A stretch of 64,000 nt of DNA, taken from positions 310,001 to 374,000 of IMG/VR virus record IMGVR_UViG_3300036770_003657; one strand, written 5' to 3'. A program made the translations under genes and the position numbers. Positions 25,309 through 34,898 of this stretch are shown here, one piece after another (within the stretch, counting starts at the first letter, position 1; every line of letters begins with the position of its first letter). Below the pieces are notes generated by a model. The model made no database searches and was not told the DNA's origin. It saw nothing but the letters and a program-made list of their open reading frames with translations.

Positions 25309-26220
25309 TTAACCACCAAATGGTACGTATTCTACACCTGTGGTTTGGAGGCCTACTAAGTTGATTTGATCAAGTAGTTCTTCTCTATTAGCGGCAACCA
25401 TTAATACATCAGCCTGGCTATATCCATACTTTTCAATTACCTCTACTACTGCGGCAATCTCATCATATGTGCCTTCACGTTCAAATGTATTTTGCCAAAC
25501 ATGTTTAGCAAATATAACATTGCTTGATCCACCAGCATCTTCTAAATATTCATCACTGGTTAGAATTTTGGCTGCGATGTCTTCAATACTCCATCCCATT
25601 TGCTCTCTTAAGTACATGCCAGCACCAATATATTCTGGTGTAACATCACCATCTCCAAGAGCAGCGGTCATTAGAGCAATAATTTTACCCAAGTCACTAT
25701 CAACGGTGTCAAATGCTAGATGTTTGTCATCAAATGCTACACGTTCATGATCATGTAGGGTAAAGGTTAAATTAGTGGCAAGATCGCTGGTTGCAATAAT
25801 GTCACCATCAAGATAAGTCAGTGTGTAGTCTGTGCTATCGCCAGTAAAGGTATATGTGTCAATGTCTAATTCATCACCTTCAACATCAACTAGGATGTCA
25901 ATAACCCCATCACCTTTACGACCAGTACCTACAGTACCAAAGGTAGCAATTTTGCCACCCAAACCAACTGTGCCAACTGTTACGATTAAGTTGTTGTCTG
26001 GTGCTACTCCACCTAAATTTGTACCAGCGATAGTAATAGTATCACCTGCTACATAATCAGAGCCTTGACTGGCAGTATCCAATGTAACTGCATATGCCCC
26101 GTTAGTTTTAATAACATCAAACTCGGCACCTGTTCCAGCACCGCCACCACCAATCACTCCTGATACATTTTGGTAGGTTTCATTTATTGCTTTATCTGTC
26201 ACTGTAATTCTTACTGTCAT
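25309..26220 (-). CDS. S-layer-like protein with DUF4214-like C-terminus
   Basis: G/T-rich beta region; FA..VW.N.F.R..T..E...V..I. Confidence 0.55.
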   Translation of the reverse strand: MTVRITVTDKAINETYQNVSGVIGGGGAGTGAEFDVIKTNGAYAVTLDTASQGSDYVAGDTITIAGTNLGGVAPDNNLIVTVGTVGLGGKIATFGTVGTGRKGDGVIDILVDVEGDELDIDTYTFTGDSTDYTLTYLDGDIIATSDLATNLTFTLHDHERVAFDDKHLAFDTVDSDLGKIIALMTAALGDGDVTPEYIGAGMYLREQMGWSIEDIAAKILTSDEYLEDAGGSSNVIFAKHVWQNTFEREGTYDEIAAVVEVIEKYGYSQADVLMVAANREELLDQINLVGLQTTGVEYVPFGG

Positions 26221-26321
26221 ATTATTTTCCTTTCTGTGGGCTGTTACGCCTCTCTGTGTTTAATATATAGCAAACTAGGATAAAAAAGCAAGTAAAATGG
26301 CTAGATTTTAGTCATTAACTG

Positions 26322-26939
26322 CTAGTTTATTAGGCTATTCTTAATATCTTCAACGGTCCACAACGCCATACTCTTATCGTATGCGTCGCCCACTAAACCC
26401 TCATTTATAATGAATAATGGCTTAGGCAAGTTAAATGGCTCCGCCTCAAGATTCAATGCTCGCCACTTTCCCATTTCTATATCATTATTATTTACATGGT
26501 CTGGGAATGTGGTCATCAATACGTATTTACAATCGCTAAGACATATATTGTATAGGCTTTTGAATACTAGATCATTGGGGAAATGTACTAAACAATCCCT
26601 TATTAATACTAGGTCAGCATATGGTAGTTCACTATCTATTAAGTCTAATTCAATGAATTCTTTTTCTGGATATTTTATACGATTGTCCTTAATAATCTCA
26701 GTGACTAAATCGGCTCCAGTATAATCTATACCTGCAAGGTCAACAATCTTCATCCAATTAAAATCACCGCATGGTATATCCAATACACTGGTAATATTAA
26801 ATTGTTTGAAAAGTACAGGTAGTTGATCGGCCAGTTTACGTGTTTTTACTATGCTAGATCCTGTACCGCTACGACTTTCCTGATCACGCCAATAATTTGT
26901 ATTGTAGATATCTAAAAATATATCTGTATAATTCTTCAT
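26322..26939 (-). CDS. Class I SAM-dependent methyltransferase
   Basis: SRSGTGSS, VLDIPCGDFNW, YTGADL, RDCLVHF. Confidence 0.85.
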   Translation of the reverse strand: MKNYTDIFLDIYNTNYWRDQESRSGTGSSIVKTRKLADQLPVLFKQFNITSVLDIPCGDFNWMKIVDLAGIDYTGADLVTEIIKDNRIKYPEKEFIELDLIDSELPYADLVLIRDCLVHFPNDLVFKSLYNICLSDCKYVLMTTFPDHVNNNDIEMGKWRALNLEAEPFNLPKPLFIINEGLVGDAYDKSMALWTVEDIKNSLIN

Positions 26940-27075
26940 AAAATTACTTATACTAGTTCTAACCTGTTACAATCTTTTTTAACACACCAAAAATAATACC
27001 GATCATTGGTATGATCAATAGACTGAATCCAAATAATGCAATTAATCCTAATAAATATTTCATAAATAATTATAC

Positions 27076-27642
27076 ATGATTCTACAGATATTCACACAGA
27101 TTAATCGGCCCAATTTAGCCGATTCTTATAGTATTTGGATACCTTGCTTACGCACTGAGCCTGTAGAAATTTGTCCTATACAAACCACAAACATATTTAT
27201 TACTCATATTAATGCTGTAGAATACTGTAATCAAGACCTACACGACTATAAAATATATTGTATCGGACCCATTACTGAAGGTAGACTACGTGACAGAGGA
27301 TATAATGTACATAGACTAGCAGATAAGGCCAGTGATGTAGCACTACCCGATGAACCTATAACTTGGCTACACGGGGATACTTATAGTAGAGATTTTAGCA
27401 GCAATCATAATGTGACTAGTCTACAGGATTACACTACCGTAGTGGATGAGGAAGCTATAGATAGATTAATATATTTAGAGTATAAATTTTTACACATTTA
27501 CAGCCCTAAAGTATTACGTGCCTACGAGAGCAGAAATCCTGAGCGTAAAATTCATTTATACTATACAGATAGCTGCATACCTAATCCAGACTTATATGCT
27601 AGTATTACACGCTTTTATCCGGGTACTGATAAATACACTTAA
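27076..27642 (+). CDS. hemD: Uroporphyrinogen-III synthase-like protein
   Basis: IPCLRT, IFIT..NAV, IYCIGPIT...L...G, WLHGD; divergent. Confidence 0.5.
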   Translation: MILQIFTQINRPNLADSYSIWIPCLRTEPVEICPIQTTNIFITHINAVEYCNQDLHDYKIYCIGPITEGRLRDRGYNVHRLADKASDVALPDEPITWLHGDTYSRDFSSNHNVTSLQDYTTVVDEEAIDRLIYLEYKFLHIYSPKVLRAYESRNPERKIHLYYTDSCIPNPDLYASITRFYPGTDKYT

Positions 27643-27735
27643 CATACCCTAGGACCGTTAGGGTTATGTGGCTTACCCCAAGCCTCAGTAAAGGACTCGC
27701 TACCCTTTTACTGTAAATGGGGCCTACAAGGAGCA
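27642..27735 (+). promoter_or_regulatory. Structured 5' leader after a late-promoter motif (ATAAATA 27629-27635)
   Basis: Three hairpins: ACCCTA-GGACCGT-TAGGGT, GGCT/AGCC, CAGTAAA/TTTACTG; then SD AGGAG. Confidence 0.5.
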
Positions 27736-27738
27736 CAA

Positions 27739-28047
27739 ATGAAAATACTACTAGCGGCCCTACTCTTGATACCCGCAGTGGTATCTGCTCAACAGATCAA
27801 GCCGGTCAATAAAGTTGTTAACTGTGGCGATGCAAAATTAATAATTGGTGAACTACGCAAGGTAAAAGAAGATCCTGTATGGGTTGGTGACGTAGATGAC
27901 AATACCAACAGTCGTATGAGTCTATGGATTAGTAAAGAAAATAATACTTGGACTTTACTACAGAATAATGACAAAATAGCCTGTGTTATAGACTATGGTA
28001 ATAAGAATGTGTTTAGTTCAGAGTTGTTTGGCGGCAAAGGGGTTTAG
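27739..28047 (+). CDS. Secreted hypothetical protein
   Basis: Signal peptide MKILLAALLLIPAVVSA; two Cys. Confidence 0.7.
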   Translation: MKILLAALLLIPAVVSAQQIKPVNKVVNCGDAKLIIGELRKVKEDPVWVGDVDDNTNSRMSLWISKENNTWTLLQNNDKIACVIDYGNKNVFSSELFGGKGV

Positions 28048-28134
28048 TATAGTCACTACTAATACCCATTATTAAAAATGGAAAAAACCATAGCAGTATA
28101 AAATTTTTAACTATTTCATCAAACATTGTAATCA

Positions 28135-29676
28135 TTATACTGCTCCTTGAGGTTGTGTTGTAGTAATAGGTTGTGGAGCTACTGGTTGTGGAGCTATAGG
28201 TTGATTTGAAGTTACAGATCCAGGAATTCTAGTGCTTTGACCTTTTGTTAATTTTGGTTTAAGTTGAGGAATACGTCTTTCTAATTCATCTATTATGTCT
28301 TTTGTAGGAAGTTTTTCAACAATAATAAGTTTCATTGTTGTGTCAATAATCTTATGTAAAATCCTTTCATTATTGATATTCCTTAATTTAGCTAACTTTT
28401 GAGCCCAAGGAATAAGTTTTTCTACAAAATCGTCACTCTGTATATCTTTTGGCTTCTTAGCAAACTTACCTAATTCTTTGGCACTAACTTCACCGCCGAA
28501 TGTTGTCGGCTGTACATAGATTTGTGGATACGCGGTTCTACCAGGATCATTTACCCCAGTCAAATAGATACTGTCTGCATGGAATCTTAATCCTTGGCTT
28601 ATTAGATCTTCTGCACTATTATACCAAATTAAATTCCTATCATAAAGGTTGACAAATAGTACACCATCATCATGTTTAAGTGCCATATAGTTGTTAAAAC
28701 TGGCCTGTGAATAGGCTTGTTTAGCTGCCCCTAGATCTCCATCTTGTATGGTCAATAAAATTTCTTTTATATTTCTTTTTAATCTAGCAGTATATTCTTT
28801 TCTTTCTGTTTGAGCGTTACCAAATATTTTTTCAACAACACTTTTTAATTTCTGCATAAAAGTACTTTGAATTTCACCAGTAACATTTTGATGAAACTCT
28901 ATAGCCTGTGTAAGACTTAGCCCTGATTTAGTTAATTGAAGTTTAAAACCTTTTCTATTTTTATAAGGTCCAGTACCTCGTACAAAGTCATTTAAATCAC
29001 GAGCAGCAGGATCCCAACCTTCAATTGGCCTAACTTCCTGATCTCCAAAACGAGCTGATGCTTTACTGGATTTTTCCTTGCCAGTTTCAGGATCTACAGT
29101 GGTGGTCATACTGGCTGTTTTTACTTCAACTTGCCACATCCTACCATTCCATTCTGCTTTAAGGTCACCCTTACCATCATTAGGTTTGTTTATAGTTTTA
29201 CTAAAAACATTTAGGGCAAATTCGCCTTTACCATGTCCCAATGTAGCTACATTCATTAGAGTATCCACTAACTCAGTGGTGATTGGGTTAGATCCGTAAG
29301 TATTAAAAACTTCTTCAAAGGAAACAGACTCACCTGAAAATAAAGCGTCTTTGTTTACAATTTTATCCTGTTTCCATAAACTAAACAGTTGATTACGTTC
29401 TTCAGGAGTGCCATCTATGCTAAGAATATATCTTGTCAGATCTTTTTGTACTGCATTGACTGCAGGGTCATTAATACTTTGTAGGTCCTTTGCAATTAAG
29501 CCTTTTCTTCCACCAGCATTTACATCACGTAATAAATCCTCAATCTCTCTTAAGGTTTTAATAGTGGCATCATCAGAAGGAAGGATTTTGATTTGGCTCG
29601 CAATCTTCTCCTTCCAATTATCCACAGCATCAGCTGCCATTTCAGCCAATAGTAATCTAAATTCTTTATATCGCAT
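28135..29676 (-). CDS. Hypothetical protein with PD-(D/E)XK-like motif
   Basis: GKGEFAL...KGDL...QVEVK; Pro/Gln-rich tail. Confidence 0.5.
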   Translation of the reverse strand: MRYKEFRLLLAEMAADAVDNWKEKIASQIKILPSDDATIKTLREIEDLLRDVNAGGRKGLIAKDLQSINDPAVNAVQKDLTRYILSIDGTPEERNQLFSLWKQDKIVNKDALFSGESVSFEEVFNTYGSNPITTELVDTLMNVATLGHGKGEFALNVFSKTINKPNDGKGDLKAEWNGRMWQVEVKTASMTTTVDPETGKEKSSKASARFGDQEVRPIEGWDPAARDLNDFVRGTGPYKNRKGFKLQLTKSGLSLTQAIEFHQNVTGEIQSTFMQKLKSVVEKIFGNAQTERKEYTARLKRNIKEILLTIQDGDLGAAKQAYSQASFNNYMALKHDDGVLFVNLYDRNLIWYNSAEDLISQGLRFHADSIYLTGVNDPGRTAYPQIYVQPTTFGGEVSAKELGKFAKKPKDIQSDDFVEKLIPWAQKLAKLRNINNERILHKIIDTTMKLIIVEKLPTKDIIDELERRIPQLKPKLTKGQSTRIPGSVTSNQPIAPQPVAPQPITTTQPQGAV

Positions 29677-29686
29677 AGTTAAGTAT

Positions 29687-30370
29687 TTACCTTAACTCTG
29701 GAAACAAACACTCCTGTATGAATATACGTACATCTTCCTCATTCAATCCCAAACTGGTCATTACCTTAGGCGTATGTGGGTTCATCTTTTGGTTCTGTGC
29801 GTAAAAATTCTGTTGTTCGCTAGTATTAAGTACAGTGTTATTAGTTTCACCTACTGTGCTTAAGTAATGATCTACACCCTTGCGAGCCATTTCAAAGATT
29901 TGATCTAGTTCGTGTTCGTCCTGTACATTACCTGCTGCCACCATGCTCTTGCTGAATATACGGGTAGCCCAATCTGGTAGTGCTCTTTCCTTACGCCATT
30001 CCATCTTACTTACTTCGTTGGCAAACCATTCACACATAGGATGATTAGCATCCCCTGTAGGACTATAATCATAAAAACAGCCGGTAATTTTATTCTTACC
30101 GGCTATAACATCAAATCCAAAGATTGGGGCAGGGTTGTGTGTATGTGGAAATACGCAACAATGCATCATCCACAATCCCTTTTTCTCTCTAGCATCTACA
30201 ACATCTACGTGAGCCCTACGATATGCTTCACTGGTCCAAACACGGTTTACCCATCCTGGTTGATTAAACCTATCCATACCTGGTTCAAATGCTTCAGTAC
30301 CAGTGCGTTCAAAACTTTGCTCTAATAGGTGTTGTACATTAATTAGAGCGTCCCAAACTTTACTCTCCAT
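29687..30370 (-). CDS. Ferredoxin-dependent bilin reductase (PcyA/PcyX-like)
   Basis: RRAHVDVVD...LWMMHCCVFP...PIFGFDVIAG.NKITG.F.D.SP. Confidence 0.88.
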   Translation of the reverse strand: MESKVWDALINVQHLLEQSFERTGTEAFEPGMDRFNQPGWVNRVWTSEAYRRAHVDVVDAREKKGLWMMHCCVFPHTHNPAPIFGFDVIAGKNKITGCFYDYSPTGDANHPMCEWFANEVSKMEWRKERALPDWATRIFSKSMVAAGNVQDEHELDQIFEMARKGVDHYLSTVGETNNTVLNTSEQQNFYAQNQKMNPHTPKVMTSLGLNEEDVRIFIQECLFPELR

Positions 30371-30908
30371 TGTACAAATCCCTCATCATCTTAATGGCCC
30401 ATTCAAAGGCCACACGAGCCTCATCACCTAACTCATCTGTGAGTTCGGCTCTGATTGCTACTTTAAGTTGATCAGGATTAGTAAACTCATAGAACTTGCC
30501 ACTGCTAATGTGTGCTACTTGTTTCTTAATAATTAAGCCACCATTTAGGTCACCCATATGACGACAATACAAATGTGCCTTAAGTAAATGTCTACGTTCT
30601 AGGTCATTGGTTAGCTGGACCAAATAGTCATGATAGGCTAGGGTCTGTGGTAGCCAAACAAACTTGTGCTCTGGCCCAGCTAATTCCATAAAATCTTGAT
30701 ATATTGCTGGTAAACGCTCAATACCCTGTATGTTAGCAAAGTGTCCTAACATACGATTACCAAATTCAATTGGTCCGTATATGGGCAATAATTGGTATAG
30801 ATAATTTGCGTAATCTTCCTTACTAATTTTACCACTTAGTAATAGTTTAGCAAATTTAGTTGTTTCCGCCTCGTGATGTAAATCCTTAGTAATCTCTCTT
30901 AAACTCAT
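30360..30908 (-). CDS. Heme oxygenase
   Basis: LRE.TKDLHHEAE (proximal His), HLY.RHMGDL.GG. Confidence 0.9.
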   Translation of the reverse strand: MSLREITKDLHHEAETTKFAKLLLSGKISKEDYANYLYQLLPIYGPIEFGNRMLGHFANIQGIERLPAIYQDFMELAGPEHKFVWLPQTLAYHDYLVQLTNDLERRHLLKAHLYCRHMGDLNGGLIIKKQVAHISSGKFYEFTNPDQLKVAIRAELTDELGDEARVAFEWAIKMMRDLYNGE

Positions 30909-31234
30909 TCTTCCTCCATCTTCACTTGTAAGGGAAATCCGTTAGCCCTAGCCAAGCTAAATGTTTCACTTGATTTGACTTCTGCGATTTCATAAGTATA
31001 TGTACCTGCAATACCACTTCCAGACTCGTGAATTTGAAGCGTAATATCTTTAGCTGTTTCGGGAGTATGTTTAAAAATTTCAATTAATATACTAATTACA
31101 AACTCCATAGGAGTATGATTATCATTAAGGAAAACTACATGATATCGTTTGGGCTCAGACACCCTAATTTTAACTTTTTCATCTAGCACTACATCTGAGG
31201 TTACTTCTGTATCTACAGCCATTATTGACTCCAT
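30905..31234 (-). CDS. clpS: ClpS adaptor
   Basis: YHVVFLNDNHTPMEFV, LQIHESG..IAG.Y..EIAE. Confidence 0.92.
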   Translation of the reverse strand: MESIMAVDTEVTSDVVLDEKVKIRVSEPKRYHVVFLNDNHTPMEFVISILIEIFKHTPETAKDITLQIHESGSGIAGTYTYEIAEVKSSETFSLARANGFPLQVKMEEE

Positions 31235-31264
31235 ATAAGTGGGGGAGTTTCCTCCCCCTGTTGA

Positions 31265-31702
31265 TCAAGCTACGTTGACTTGAATCTTCCTTGGCAATAA
31301 TGCTTCTGGAACGATTCGTTCGATTACTACAGTAAGTAATCCATTTTTAAGATCAGCACTCTTAACTTCCATATGTTCTGAAAGAGCAAATGTTCTATCA
31401 AAACTACGATATGCTAGGCCCCTGTGAAGATATTCAATTTCTCCATCAGTTTCTACTGGCTTCTTTTCACCAGTAATGATTAACTGGTCCTGATCAATAC
31501 TTACATCAATTTCATCTCTACTAAAACCTGCTACTGCTAGGGTAATAGTGTAGATATCACCTTTGCGTTCTAGGTTATAGGGAGGATAGTTGTTATTGGC
31601 CATACTGTTCCCCCAACTACGTTCCATAGTGTTAAAAATACGATCAAAACCAATCAGCGCTCTATTCAAAGCCGCTGTATCCATTCTAGCTAATTGTGTC
31701 AT
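31265..31702 (-). CDS. ibpA: Small heat-shock protein Hsp20/IbpA
   Basis: NYPPYN, LAVAGF, YLHRGLA.RSF, A.L.NGLL. Confidence 0.93.
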   Translation of the reverse strand: MTQLARMDTAALNRALIGFDRIFNTMERSWGNSMANNNYPPYNLERKGDIYTITLAVAGFSRDEIDVSIDQDQLIITGEKKPVETDGEIEYLHRGLAYRSFDRTFALSEHMEVKSADLKNGLLTVVIERIVPEALLPRKIQVNVA

Positions 31703-31709
31703 AAAATTT

Positions 31710-31726
31710 CTCCTTTATTAAGCAAG
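31710..31726 (-). promoter_or_regulatory. ROSE-like RNA thermometer hairpin (hsp20)
   Basis: CTTGCT-TAATAA-AGGAG: UUGCU pairs with the SD, G bulged. Confidence 0.7.
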
Positions 31727-31771
31727 ATGCGTGTAGCCTCACCTGAGCACTACACGACTATTTATAAGGCA

Positions 31772-33649
31772 TTAGGCTGCGTTTTTAACTTCTGTAAAAT
31801 CTACATCCGTAATGTCCTTATCCTGTTGTTGAGGCTGTGCGTTTTTAGCAGTGTAAATAACCTGTGCCGCAGCAGCTAGGTCACTCATCTTCTGTGTTAT
31901 TGATTCCTTAGTACCTGTAGCAATCTCAGTTAATAGTGCTGTGATACTAGTTTCAATCTTATCTTTATCATCACTGCTAATCTTATCCTCAACTTCCTTC
32001 AAATCCTTACGAATTTGATGGACTTGTCCGTCTACGCTATTCCTTAAATCAACAATCTCACGCTGTTTGCGATCTTCCTCAGCGTTGGCTTCAGCTTCAC
32101 GGATCATTTTTTCAATTTGATCCTTACTTAAACCACCATCTGATTTAATAGTGATCTTGTTTTCTTTGCCTGTAGTCTTATCCTTGGCACTAATTTTCAT
32201 AATACCATTAGCATCTACATCAAAGGTTACTTCAATTTGAGGCATACCTCTGGGCTGTGGCATAATACCTTCTAGGTTAAACTCGCCTAGTAGTTTATTA
32301 TCCTTTACAAACTCACGTTCACCTTGGAATACCTTAATAGTGACAGCAGGTTGATTGTCATCTGCTGTGCTAAATGTTTGACTAGCCTTTGTGGGAATAG
32401 TAGTATTCTTTTGAATGATCTTGGTCATTACTCCACCAAGTGTTTCAATACCAAGACTCAATGGTGTAACATCTAATAACAATACGTCATTGCGTTCGCC
32501 GCTTAGTACAGCACCTTGTACAGCAGCACCCACTGCCACTGCTTCATCTGGGTTAACATCCTTACGTGGCGCTTTACCAAATAACTTTTCTACAGCGTCC
32601 TGTACCTTGGGCATACGTGTCATACCACCAACTAAAATAATTTCATCAATATCTGCTGGTGTAACTCCTGCGTCTTTCATAGCAGTACGACAGGGAGCAA
32701 TGCTACGTTCAATTAAATCTTCAACCAATGCTTCTAATTTAGCACGAGTAAGTTTTAGATTCATATGTTTTGGCCCGCTAGCATCAGCAGTAACATATGG
32801 TAGATTAATATCTGTTTGTTGGCTGCTACTTAATTCAATTTTAGCCTTTTCCGCTGCCTCTTTAAGACGTTGTAGAGCTAATACATCTTTAGTCAAGTCA
32901 ATACCTTGATCCATCTTAAAAGTATCAACTAAGTAATCCATAATACGTTGGTCGAAGTCTTCACCACCTAAGAAAGTATCACCATTAGTGCTTAGTACTT
33001 CAATTTGTTTGTCATTACCCAAGTTAGCAATTTCAATAATGCTAATATCAAAAGTGCCACCGCCCAAGTCATATACTGCTACCTTACGATCTTTTTTATC
33101 CGTCTTATCAACGCCGTAAGCCAACGCGGCAGCAGTCGGTTCATTAATGATGCGAAGAACTTCCAAGCCAGCAATACGGCCAGCATCTTTAGTAGCTTGA
33201 CGCTGACTATCATTAAAATAGGCCGGAACAGTAATAACAGCTTGGGTAACATCATAACCTAAATAATCTTCAGCAGTCTTTTTCATTTTACGCAATACTT
33301 CTGCGCTGATTTGAGGAGGTGCTAACTCCTTGCCCTGTGCCTTAACCCAAGCATCACCACTTGAGTTTTCAATGATTTCATAGGGCATTAGATCTAAATC
33401 TTTTTGTACAGCCTCTTCTTTAAACTTACGTCCAATTAAGCGTTTGGCTGCGTATACTGTATTCTTTGGATTAGTAACAGCTTGTCTTTTAGCACTGGCA
33501 CCTACAAGAATTTCTTCATCTGTATAGGCTACTATACTGGGAGTAGTACGTGCTCCTTCGCTGTTTTCAATTACTTTGGGATTGCCGCCTTCTATAATGG
33601 CGACGCAACTGTTAGTAGTACCGAGATCGATACCGATTACCTTACTCAT
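31772..33649 (-). CDS. dnaK: Chaperone DnaK (Hsp70)
   Basis: [43 protein letters not shown]. Confidence 0.98.
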   Translation of the reverse strand: MSKVIGIDLGTTNSCVAIIEGGNPKVIENSEGARTTPSIVAYTDEEILVGASAKRQAVTNPKNTVYAAKRLIGRKFKEEAVQKDLDLMPYEIIENSSGDAWVKAQGKELAPPQISAEVLRKMKKTAEDYLGYDVTQAVITVPAYFNDSQRQATKDAGRIAGLEVLRIINEPTAAALAYGVDKTDKKDRKVAVYDLGGGTFDISIIEIANLGNDKQIEVLSTNGDTFLGGEDFDQRIMDYLVDTFKMDQGIDLTKDVLALQRLKEAAEKAKIELSSSQQTDINLPYVTADASGPKHMNLKLTRAKLEALVEDLIERSIAPCRTAMKDAGVTPADIDEIILVGGMTRMPKVQDAVEKLFGKAPRKDVNPDEAVAVGAAVQGAVLSGERNDVLLLDVTPLSLGIETLGGVMTKIIQKNTTIPTKASQTFSTADDNQPAVTIKVFQGEREFVKDNKLLGEFNLEGIMPQPRGMPQIEVTFDVDANGIMKISAKDKTTGKENKITIKSDGGLSKDQIEKMIREAEANAEEDRKQREIVDLRNSVDGQVHQIRKDLKEVEDKISSDDKDKIETSITALLTEIATGTKESITQKMSDLAAAAQVIYTAKNAQPQQQDKDITDVDFTEVKNAA

Positions 33650-33655
33650 ATGTAT

Positions 33656-33673
33656 CTCCTTAAATTAAGCAAG
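33656..33673 (-). promoter_or_regulatory. ROSE-like RNA thermometer hairpin (dnaK)
   Basis: CTTGCT-TAATTTA-AGGAG. Confidence 0.6.
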
Positions 33674-33711
33674 AATTAAATGGTCTTAGTTAAGCACCAT
33701 TATTATTTATT

Positions 33712-34242
33712 TCAATCAAATTTTCTACCCAGCTTTTTAAACATAGTTTGAACACCAATGACCTGCCTCAGAGCATCTTCAAGAGCATGATGCTTATTGG
33801 CCTGAGGCATTTCAGGATCCATACCCAAATCAAATAGTGTGCGAGTATCTCTTACTTCCCAAAATTTCCAAGGATATGGTTTATTGACTTGTCTAAAATA
33901 GTGTTCTAATATGATAATATCAAATGTACTACCATGACTCCAAAATTTACTAGAGCCCATACAGAACTTGTAGAATTCGTCTAACATCCAACGAACGTCT
34001 ACTCTATCATTGGGATCGAATGCTTCCTCTTGAGCAGCAGGGTCTTGTTTACTCCACCACTCAATAGTATTATCATCAATAAAGCTATCCAATCCTTCAA
34101 AACTTTCTAATTCAATTTTGTAGTAGAAAGTATCGTAGACTTTGGAACTATTGGGGTCAAATGTAGCCGCTCCAATGCTCAATATAGTGGCATTAGGAGT
34201 GGTGGCTAAAGTTTCTAAATCTACCATCAGATGTTTTGTCAT
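33712..34242 (-). CDS. DEDDh 3'-5' exonuclease
   Basis: LMVDLETL, WSHG..FD, RDTRT, HHALEDA. Confidence 0.88.
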   Translation of the reverse strand: MTKHLMVDLETLATTPNATILSIGAATFDPNSSKVYDTFYYKIELESFEGLDSFIDDNTIEWWSKQDPAAQEEAFDPNDRVDVRWMLDEFYKFCMGSSKFWSHGSTFDIIILEHYFRQVNKPYPWKFWEVRDTRTLFDLGMDPEMPQANKHHALEDALRQVIGVQTMFKKLGRKFD

Positions 34243-34270
34243 AATAGTGATTATACAACTAATTTAAGAT

Positions 34271-34498
34271 TTAGTAAAGCTTTGTTGGTAATCTTTCTTT
34301 TTCTAATTTCTTTTTGTACCTATTAACAGCAGCACCATGACGACGTTTGCGTTCGGTAGTTGGTTTTTCAAAAAATTCACGTTTACGTAATTCGTCTAAA
34401 ATACCACTATCTTCTACTTTATTTTTAAACTTGCGTAGAGCACGGTTGATATCTTCACCGTCTCTTAATTCCACTTTACGACCATTAAAATTATTCAT
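34271..34498 (-). CDS. rpsU: Ribosomal protein bS21
   Basis: INRALRKFK.KV..SGIL.ELRKREFFEKPTTERKR. Confidence 0.9.
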   Translation of the reverse strand: MNNFNGRKVELRDGEDINRALRKFKNKVEDSGILDELRKREFFEKPTTERKRRHGAAVNRYKKKLEKERLPTKLY

Positions 34499-34898
34499 CT
34501 TCACCTTCTTGTGTATCATCTACTCTCTTAAAAAATGGTATGCTATCTAAATCATAGATTCTGTTTTTACTTATCAGATGCCACGGAGTTATCTCATCTT
34601 TAGTGATATAGTAAGAATCAGTCTGTGCTATCATAAATGTAACAAAACTCCTAGTAATTACATCACAATTGTCTATATCAATTATAGTAACATCTGCATA
34701 GCTATGTACACTTAATAACCAATCTAAATCCATTTCATTTTCGTCAAATACAAATACATTGAGTTCTTCAATAATTTCACAAATGTATTTTTGAAAAGCT
34801 TCTTTTACCTCGTTTGTTGGTTTAACCAAAAGTATACTAGGATTTTGATTAAACAACTTATCAGGTGGTGTAATTACGTTAATTTTTCCCAGATTCAT
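34491..34898 (-). CDS. Hypothetical protein
   Basis: 135-aa ORF in operon. Confidence 0.65.
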   Translation of the reverse strand: MNLGKINVITPPDKLFNQNPSILLVKPTNEVKEAFQKYICEIIEELNVFVFDENEMDLDWLLSVHSYADVTIIDIDNCDVITRSFVTFMIAQTDSYYITKDEITPWHLISKNRIYDLDSIPFFKRVDDTQEGEDE

